Translations under genes and position numbers: made by a program
Notes under the pieces: model-generated
Database searches by the model: none
Seen by the model: the letters and a program-made list of their open reading frames with translations, nothing else
Told to the model about the DNA's origin: nothing
Shown here: positions 25,700 through 35,147 of the stretch, one piece after another
Numbering within the stretch: the first letter of the stretch is position 1
Layout of the letters: each line of letters starts with the position of its first letter
Source of the DNA: Stegostoma tigrinum
Taxonomy: Eukaryota
Direction: 5' to 3'
DNA: 64,000 nucleotides
Assembly (NCBI RefSeq): GCF_030684315.1
Contig: NC_081387.1
Coordinates: 6,366,497-6,430,496 of the forward strand

Positions 25700-25900
25700 T
25701 GGGAACAAACCGGCAAGCTCAGTGAACTAGCTTACATCTCGAACACAATAAAGACCCACTCTCTTGTGGACCGAGAGGAGGAGAGTGCTGTCTTGGAGGT
25801 GAAAGGAGGACGTCGGGTTGGCTGTGCACCCTTGCGACCAGTGGATCTTAATGCTGGCTTCGGCCTAACGCTGGTTCAGGGGAGCAGCCAACCTGCAACG

Positions 25901-27364
25901 ATGGCTGCGGCAAGTGCTCGTGCCCCAGGTCAGGGGGTCCGGAACACCATCCGCGTTTCTGTAAAGAAGGTGGATGAAGGTGCACCTGTGGACCGCACCT
26001 TCTTCGTGAAGAGGGTCCTGTTGGACTGTTGTGGGTTCGCTGCTGTGGACATTTACTGCCTGCAGGATTTCCCCGGAGGGGGTTTTTACGACATGACCTT
26101 CCGGAGTGCCAAGCTTTGCGAGCGCTTCCTGGAGGTTTTCAAGGAGAAAGGAGGTGAGGGCCCCCTCTCTGTATTGACCGCTGTCCCGCTGTTTGTGATG
26201 CCAGCACAGAGGAGCCATATGGTGACTGTACATATGTACAACCCGCATGTGCCAGCAGTTGATGTCCTGACCTTCCTCGGAAGGTATGTGAAGGTGGAAG
26301 GGGACCTAACTGACATCGTGGACCCCTTTGGCATCTGGACGAGTAAGAGGCAGGTCAAGGTGACGCTGAGGATGGGCGCGGACAGGAATGTCGCACACCC
26401 ACTGTCCAGCTTCGTGATCGGCGGGAGCAGGGGCTACCTGACCTATGCAGGGCAACCTAAAGTCTGCCATGCCCGTGGTAGGTCAGGTCACATGGCGGCC
26501 GACTGCAAAGCCACCATCTGCAGGAACTGCAGGAAGGAGGGACACCTTGCAAAGGATTGCCCACGAGAGAGAAGCTGCAACCTTTGCGGGGAAGCGGGCC
26601 ACTTCTATAGGGCATGCCCGCGGCGGGGTACCACCTACGCCCAGGTCGCCGGCAGGGGAAATGCGGGGCCAGCCCCCCCCGGAGGAGAGGAAGGCACCAG
26701 GGCCCAGCAAGGACCCCACTAATGTGCAGGAGGGCCAGGCCGTGCAGGAGGGTCCAGCCCTGCAGGATGGGCCCGAGGCCAGCAAAGTGCCCCTGCAGGC
26801 TCCGCCCCCCCCGACAACCCGGAGCCAATGGAGGTGGCGACAGGCGACCCAGGGGAGTGCACAACAGTCCGGAAAGCGAGGAGGAAGGTGCGTCGACGGG
26901 CCCAGGAACCGCAACAATCAGGCGGGAAGAGGCAGCTACAGGGGGGCTATAAGAGCTCCTCTGACGAGGGGGATTCGGAGAGGGCCCACCCAAAGCAGAA
27001 GTTAAAGGTCTCGAGGGGGAAGGAAAGCAGCACCCCGCTTCCAGGTGACGGGAGGCGTCCTGAGGCTCACTCCAACACCCAGTCAAGTGCCGCTGGAGCA
27101 CTGGAGGGCCCCCCGGAACTTCCAGGCGGGAAGGAGGAAACAGCGCGTCCCCAGCCTGACCCGGAGCCGGACCCTCCTGCCTCCGCACCCCTGACGGGGG
27201 GATGCCACCCGGAAGGCAGCACGGACGGTTTCCTGAGCCCGGAGAGCGTCCAGCAGTTAGCCCGGGCAATGGGCATGAAGGGACAGATGGAGGGGCTGGA
27301 CCTTGGACTTGGGGAGGGTACTGCGGTCACTGCCCACAATGGGGGTACGAATTGCGAGCATTAA
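25901..27364 (+). pseudogene. Tx1 copy R ORF1, frameshifted in poly-C runs
   Basis: The copy-L protein sequence is split over ORFs 25766-26722, 26445-27005 and 26828-27364. Confidence 0.85.
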
Positions 27365-30300
27365 TGTGCGCAGCGTCAAGTCAACCGCGAGATGTGTGTC
27401 CACGTTGGCCTACCTGACCACCATCAAGGCGGACTTCCTGTTTCTGCAGGAGTGCGGGATACCGCACCTCGGCAGGTACGGGAAATGGTCCGGCGCCTGG
27501 ACCTGTGGGCCTTCGATCTGGTCGGGGGGTAACGACTGTCGCTCCTCGGGCCTGGCTATTCTGCTGCGGGGGCGCGACTTCACCATCTCTCAAGTTCAGG
27601 AGGTGGTGGGGGGGCGCCTCCTAGTGGCTGACATCACCTACAGGAATGCTCCCCTGAGGCTGATCAATGTGTACGCCCCAGCGGTACGGAGTGAGCGGTT
27701 GGCCGTCCTGCAGCGGCTTCCACCCCTGCTGGCTACATCCAGGCCGGTCATCCTAGGCGGAGACTTCAACTGCATCATTGATGCAGATGGAAGATCCGGC
27801 GTGCGGACAGTGGGTGGGGGGATTCAACTGGACGTCACGTCCAGATTCCTGATGGGCACGGTGAAGGACGCCAAGCTGCTCGACGTCTTCAGCACCCCTG
27901 CAGACGGAGCGCAGCAGAGGTACACCTGGTCGCGGCCAGACGGGTCTATCCGCTCAAGGATAGACTTCCTGTTTGTGTCACGGGTGTTCTCGGTCAGGTC
28001 CATCGGCGTCGAGCCGGTGTTCTTCTCTGACCACTGCCTCCTGCTGGCCGACTGTCACTTACAGGATGATCAGCCGGCCGGCAAGGGGACGTGGAAGCTC
28101 AACACGACTCTGTTGACCCCAGAGAACGTCGAGGAGCTTAAGAGGGAGTACACCGGTTGGAGGACCGTGAAACCCCTCTTTGAGTCTCCAGGCGACTGGT
28201 GGGAGACGGTGAAGGAGAACATCAAGAGGTTCTTTGTCCTCAAGGGTGTTCAGAAGGCGAGAGAGAGGCGGGGAAAGCTGTCGCGACTCCAGAAAAGGGT
28301 GCAGAACCTGCTCCTTCTGCAGTTGATGGGGGTCGATGTCACGGAGGACCTCCGCGAGGTGAGGGGCCAGCAAGCCTCGCTCTTCACCGCGGAGGCCTCC
28401 AGGATAATCTTCCGGTCCAGGGTCCGCTCCGTGGAGCAGGACGAGACGTGCTCGCGTTTCTTCTTTCAGAAGGTGCACAAAGAGAGCTCTGTGCTTAGCC
28501 GGCTGAAGGAGGACGACGGCTCGGTGACGTCGTCTCGGCCCGACGTTTTGAGGATCAGCAGATCCTTCTATGCCGGACTGTATGACACGAAGCCCACGGA
28601 CAGCACGGCCTCCGAGTCGTTCCTGTCGTCTATCACGGAGGTCTTAGACGACGGCACGAGGGAGTGGCTGGACTGGCTGATATCCCTGGACGAGCTGGCC
28701 AGAGCCCTCAAGTCCTTGCAGAGGAATAGGACTTCCGGAAGCGACGGCTTACCGGTCGAGCTGTATTCCGCTCTGTGGGGCCTGGTCGGCCAGGACCTGC
28801 TGGAGGTGTACGATAGTGCGCTTCGGGCAGGGGAAATGTGCAAGTCCATGAGGAAGGGCATCATCACCCTTATTTACAAGAGGAAGGGGGAGAGGGAAGA
28901 AATTAAGAATTGGTGTCCCATTTCACTTTTGAACGTGGACTACAAAATCCTGGCCAAGGTCATTGCCAACCGGGTCAGGTCTGTCCTGGAGTCAGTGATT
29001 CACCCTGACCAAACCTGTGCTGTGCCGGGCAGGAAGATCACTGAGAGCCTCGCGCTCATCAGGGATACGATCGCCTACGTACAGGACAGGCGGGTGGACA
29101 CCAGCCTCGTCAGCCTGGACCAGGAGAAGGCCTTCGACAGGATCTCTCATGCTTACATGAGGGACGTCCTCTCCAAATTGGGGTTTGGGGAGGGCATCCG
29201 CAATTGGATCCGGCTGCTCTACGCCAACATCGTTAGCGCAGTCTCGATCAACGGGTGGGAATCAGACAGTTTTCCTGTTAGATCTGGAGTCAGGCAGGGC
29301 TGCCCGCTGTCTCCTGCCTTGTTCGTGTGCTGTGTGGAGCCCTTCGCCGCCTCCATCAGGAAGGACGTGAGCCTGAAGGGCGTGACTATCCCAGGCAGCG
29401 GAGGCCTTCAGGTCAAGGCCTCCCTGTACATGGACGATGTCGCTGTCTTCTGCACCGATCGTCGGTCGGTGACTAGGCTGTTGGACATCTGCGGCCAGGG
29501 TGCGTCCCCGGAAACAGCCCGTAGAGCACGGAGTCCCGCGTCACGGAGCTGCTCGGGACAAACCTCGACAAATACCACTGCATCCCCCTTGCCCTTTGGC
29601 CTCGGGTGCCAAAGTCAATAGGGGTAAGAGCGAGGTCATGTTCTTCGGGAACTCGGACGACCGCTCTTTCATCCCCTTCACCCTCAGGACTGACTACCTG
29701 AAGGTGCTGGGTGTTTGGTTTGGTGGAGCTGGGGCATGCACGAAGACTTGGGAGGAGCGTATCGCCAAACTGAAGCAGAAGCTGGGCAGGTGGACGCTCC
29801 GGTCCCTCTCCATCGCGGGTAAGAACCTGGTTGTCAGGTGCGAGGGGCTTTCGATACGGTTGTATGTGACGCAGGCCTGGCCTATTCCCTGGGCCTGCGC
29901 CGCTGCAGTCACCCGGGCCATCTTCCACTTCATTTGGGGGTCGAGGATGGACCGGGTCCGCAGGGACATCATGCACAAAGATCTGGGAAATGGGGGAAAG
30001 GGCGTACCGAACGCCACCCTCGCCCTGACGGCTACCTTTGTGTGCGGCTGCATCAAGCTGTGCGTAGATCCTCAGTACGCAAACACCAAGTGTCACTACT
30101 TACTGAGGTTCTACCTGTTCCCGGTGTTGCGAAGGATGGGCCTGGCCTCGTTGCCGCGGAACGCTCTGAGTAGTTGGACCGTCCCGTACCACCTGTCCTT
30201 CGTGGAGAAATTTTTGAAGGGAAGCCCCTTTGACCACAAGGCCGTCAGGCAGTGGTCAGCACGTAGTATTCTTGAGACCCTTTGGGACAAGGAGAGGGTG

Positions 30301-30849
30301 GATCCCGTCGTGTGGTTCCCCACGCAGACTGCCAAAGTCGTTTGGCAGAATGCCTCATCGCCAGAACTTTCAAACAAGCACAAGGACATTGCTTGGCTGG
30401 CGGTGAGAGGGGCTCTGCCAGTGAGATCCTTTACGCATGCCCGGAATCTCTGTGCCACCGCACGCTGCCCTCGAGGCGGCTGCGGGGGGGACGAGACTGT
30501 TGATCACCTCCTTCTGGAGTGTGCCTATGCGCAGGAGGTCTGGAGGGGGATGCAGTGGTATTTGTCGAGGTTCGTCCCGAGCAGCTCCGTGACGTGGGAC
30601 TCCGTGCTCTCCGGGCTGTTTCCCGGGACGCACACCGAGACCAACATCAACTGCGCCTGGAGGACCATCAATGCGGTGAAAGACGCTCTTTGGTCTGCCC
30701 GCAACTTGCTGGTCTGCCAGCTGAAAGAACTGACCCCGACCGAGTGTTGCAGACTGGCGCACTCCAAGGTCCAGGACTACGTGCTGCGGGACGCGCTAAA
30801 GCTTGGGGCAGCCGCCGCCAAGGCGCGGTGGGGAAAGACCACCGTATGA
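27339..30849 (+). pseudogene. Tx1 copy R ORF2 (APE + RT), broken by an inverted insert at 29499-29596
   Basis: ORFs 27303-29621 and 29500-30849; ATG 27339 overlaps the ORF1 end by 26 nt. Confidence 0.92.
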
Positions 30850-31659
30850 AACCGCTCGTCCAGAATAGAAAGAAAGGGCCTTATCTAGTAATTGTCCCAG
30901 CTGGCGCCTTCCCCAACTGATCTGGGGGTCAACGGGGACTGTGCGGGGTGACGACTTCCAGGGTATTTTCTTTGCTTTTTTTTTCTTCTTTGTTTTTTTT
31001 TCCTTTAGTTGGTGTACATACCCCCTGGGTAACCCGGAGCGGCTTGCATGACTGGGTGTGTGTGTAAATATGTTTTATTTTTTGTACATCTTATGAATAA
31101 AGTATATTTTATCAAATTAAAAAAAGGTGACGAAACGTCTGAAAACTAACCTTCCAGCTCAGTGAGCAATCTCACTTCCAGAACCTCAACCTGAGCTACA
31201 AATCTTCTCAAAACTCACTCGTGAGGGGAGGGTGTCACACTAATGGAGAGTGAGGGGACGAGGTCACACCAACACATAGAGAGCCCAGGGTGGTTATCGC
31301 ACTCAGGAGGGGATTGGTGGAGTGCGTCATACTAACAAGAAGAGAGTGAAGAGGGGGAGTCACACGGACAAGAGGAGAGTGAGGTGTGGAAGTGGCACTG
31401 GCAGGGGGACAATGATGGAAGGGAGTCACACTAAGACGTGGAGGCCAGGCAGGGAATAATACTAACAGTACCAGAATGAGGGGAGGGATTCACATAAACA
31501 GGAGGGTGAGAGGAGGGAGTCACTTAACCGGAGGAGATTTGAGGAGGTAGATACACTAACAGAGAGTGAGGTGTGGGAGTCACAGTAACTGGAGGAGAAA
31601 GAGAGGAAGGAGTCACACTAAAGGAAAGTGAGAAGAGGGAGTCACACTGGCAGGAGAAT

Positions 31660-33445
31660 ACGGGGCCCTCTGTACATGACCTACTGCATTAACACCCACG
31701 CATGGCTCTCTGTACATGACCCACTGCATTAACACCCACATAGGGGTCTCTGTACACAACCAGCTCCATTAACACCCACACAGGGGTCTCTGTACACAAC
31801 CAGCTCCATTAACACCCACACAGGGGTCTCTGTACACAACCAGCTCCATTAACACCCACACAGGGGTCTCTGTACACAACCAGCTCCATTAACACCCACA
31901 CAGGGGTCTCTGTACACAACCAGCTCCATTAACACCCACACAGGGGTCTCTGTACACAACCAGCTCCATTAACACCCACACAGGGGTGTCTGTACATGAC
32001 CCACTGCATTAACCCACACGCTGGGCCCTCTGTACATGACCCACTGCAATAAAACCCACACAGGGCTCTCTGTACACAACCAGCTCCATTAACACCCACA
32101 CAGGGGTGTCTGTAAATGACCCACTGCATTAACCCTCACACTGGGCTCTCTGTACATGACCCACTGCATTAAACCTCACACAGCGGTCTCTGTACACAAC
32201 CAGCTCCATTAACACCCACTCAGGGTGTCTGTCAATGGCCCACTGCATTAACCCTCACACTGGGCTCTCTGTACATGACCCACTGCATTAGCCCTCACAC
32301 AGGGCTCTCTGCACATGACCCACTGCATTAACACCCACACTGGGCTCTCTGTACATGACCCACTGCATTAAACCTCACACAGCGGTCTCTGTACACAACC
32401 AGCTCCATTAACACCCACACAGGGGTCTCTGTACACAACCAGCTCCATTAACACCCACACAGGGGTGTCTGTACATGACCCACTGCATTAACCCACACGC
32501 TGGGCCCTCTGTACATGACCCACTGCAATAAAACCCACACAGGGCTCTCTGTACACAACCAGCTCCATTAACACCCACACAGGGGTGTCTGTAAATGACC
32601 CACTGCATTAACCCTCACACTGGGCTCTCTGTACATGACCCACTGCATTAAACCTCACACAGCAGTCTCTGTACACAACCAGCTCCATTAACACCCACAC
32701 AGGGTGTCTGTCAATGACCCACTGCATTAACCCTCACACTGGGCTCTCTGTACATGACCCACTGCATTAGCCCTCACACAGGGCTCTCTGCACATGACCC
32801 ACTGCATTAACACCCACACTGGGCTCTCTGTACATGACCCACTGCATTAAACCTCACACAGCGGTCTCTGTACACAACCAGCTCCATTAACACCCACACA
32901 GGGGTGCCTGTAAATGACCCACTGCATTAACCCTCACACTGGGCTCTCTGTACATGACCCACTGCATTAACACCCACACTGGGCTCTCTGTACATGACCC
33001 ACTAAATTAACACCCACACAGGTCTCTCTGTACACAACCAGCTCCATTAACACCCACACAGGGGTATCTGTACATGACCCACTGCATTAACCCTCACACT
33101 GGGCTCTCTGTTTTCTATCCACTGCTTAACGCTCACACTGGGCTCTCTGCGCACAACCAGCTTCATTAACCCTGCACTGGGCTCTCTGTACATGACCCAC
33201 TGCATTAGCCCTCACACAGGGCTCTCTGTACATGACACACTGCATTAACACCCACACTGGGCTCTCTGTGCATGACCCACTGCATTAACACCCACACATG
33301 GCTCTCTGTACATGACACACTGCATTAACCCTCACACAGGGCTCTCTGTTTTCTATCCACTGCATTAACGCTCACACTGGGCTCTCTGGGCACAACCAGC
33401 TTCATTAACCCTGCACTGGGCTCTCTGTACATGACCCACTCCACT
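31660..33445 (+). repeat. ~40-bp minisatellite (CTCTGTACACAACCAGCTCCATTAACACCCACACAGGGGT and variants) with a 479-bp higher-order duplication
   Basis: Direct periodicity; identical translated blocks at 31929-32129 and 32408-32608. Confidence 0.95.
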
Positions 33446-34851
33446 AATTCACACCTACTGAATTATCTAATTTTGAGACATGTTGCTAAGTTTGGCTCCT
33501 CACTCATCCCATTAATACATTGGTTCCCAGTAAACAACATCCAGATTATAAACATCTCGTCCTGGGTTTCAAATCCTTCCACACCTTTACCTGGCAGTTC
33601 CTGTGATCCTCTCTGGGTCCGAAACCCTCTGAGATTTGTGCCCCCATCTCATTCTGGCATCTCAATCATCCCACATTAAAATCAACCCACACTGAGGGCT
33701 GTACCTTCAGTTAGCTGGGCTCTAACTCCCCCACCCATACCTTTCCATCTCTCTTCAGAAAGCTCCTTGTCACTAAGCCAGTTCTGAAAAAGGGTGACTG
33801 GATATTGTCAGACCTACTGAGTTTCTCCAGCAATTTCTGTTTTTTTGCTTGTTCTGCTCCAGGACTTGCTGCCACGAGGTCATAATCTGACCAAACGGGG
33901 TGTTTATCAGCCTGTAGATCTTTCGAATCCACCTGGTGGCATTCACTGAGAGCATGGTAAGGAAATCCTGCAGAAGGCAATGTCGGAGCATTTCAGTATT
34001 TTACCTGGAATTATCAGAGACCCCAGTCGCCCTGTGGAATACCCTTGGGTACAGGGAGGATTGAAATTGAGAAAATGTAGTTTGGTACTTCCCCTGAAAA
34101 GACATGAGGTGGGATAGAGGGATACAGTCTTTAGAAGGGTTGGGGGTTTTAGTTGTGATGGGCAGCGTGTCAGTGCTGGTTCGGAGGTCCAAAGGGCCTG
34201 TTCCTGTGCTGTAATTGTTTTTTGTTCTTTATTCTTTGTTTATCACTGCTTGAAAGAAACGCAATGTGTACGTGCTGGTGATGGACTGGGGTGGCCGAAA
34301 TCAGAAATCATACAACACTAGGTTATTGTCCAACAAGTTCATTTGAAGACACAAGCTTTTGGAGCGTAGCCCCATTGCCAGGTGAAGAGAGAAAGAAGTA
34401 CACAGAACACAGACTTCATAAGTAAAAGATCAAATGGTCAGACAATTGTGATGAGGATGTAGTAAACAAATCTAGGATGCTGTTAAATCTTTAATCAGTA
34501 AGAATTAATTGTTTAATTGATTAATAGGTCTATGTTAATCCCTAAATTTTTTTCAAGTCACTGTACTGAGAGAACTATAGGTTTTATCAGTATAAAGAAG
34601 AGATGATATTAAGTCAGGCAATGCATGTTAGGTGCGAGACCTTGTCTAGAATTTGTTTGTGTTTTGTGTTTTTGTGTTTTGGCATGGAGTCAGGCTGGTT
34701 TTATTTCTGAAATAGGAATTTATAACATGCCACATTGACCGTCTATAACTTGTGTGTTTTTTGAAGAAAATAGAATGTATCTGCAAATATAGATTCACCC
34801 CGTAGTTTTCACCTTTGTGTGTGTGTGAAGAGGCGATGCGTGAGTAATTCT

Positions 34852-34912
34852 GTTTCGCTTTCCGAACACAAACTGTGTCCCAGTAACTGGTGACGAGCAA
34901 CTGGCTGATTGG
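34852..34912 (+). promoter_or_regulatory. MHC class I promoter module: ISRE, X1, X2, Y box
   Basis: GTTTCGCTTTC (34852-34862), X1-like TCCCAGTAACTGG (to 34890), CRE-like TGACGA (34891-34896), CTGATTGG (34905-34912); canonical order, about 185-245 nt upstream of the ATG. Confidence 0.75.
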
Positions 34913-35095
34913 ATTTTTTTTGAGTTGCGACGGCTACTCATACTGCAATCAGGAAATGATCGATGTCGCGGCACGGAATGGTGCTTCGATAAACTCTGCT
35001 GTTGTTTTCAAGTTTATGAACCGCACTTGTTTTGTTCGCCTTCAGGGTGTTTTATTCCCAGTCCCTGATTGAAAGAGGGACAGTGGATTCCCAGA

Positions 35096-35147
35096 ATGTT
35101 GCTGATCCTTTTCTCCATCTCCCTGTGTTTTTCGTGGGTCTCTCCTG
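35096..35147 (+). CDS. UDA: Exon 1, signal peptide MLLILFSISLCFSWVSP
   Basis: Hydrophobic leader; donor G|gtaagt; directly downstream of the promoter module. Confidence 0.88.

Larger units (their letters stand above)
25697..31125 (+). mobile_element. Full-length Tx1-type non-LTR retrotransposon, copy R
   Basis: Same organisation as copy L; AATAAA and poly(A) ending at 31125; TSD GGTGACGAAAC (25686-25696 / 31126-31136). Confidence 0.93.
18017..31220 (+). mobile_element. 5'-truncated PLE family B with inverted 5' pLTR; both pLTRs interrupted by Tx1 elements
   Basis: Inverted pLTR at 18017-18074 + 23424-23592; RT/GIY-YIG body about 24020-25560; 3' pLTR at about 25527-25696 + 31126-31220. Uninterrupted pLTR for comparison at 54823-55003. 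Confidence 0.85.

Noticed and set aside
18360-30849. Currently active autonomous Tx1 or PLE
   Set aside because: Every ORF carries a stop, frameshift or insertion.
18075-31125. The two Tx1 copies as one insertion duplicated by inversion or by PLE pLTR copying
   Set aside because: Disfavoured but not excluded: each copy has its own TSD variant on both sides, and their 3' UTRs differ more than the surrounding pLTR sequence.
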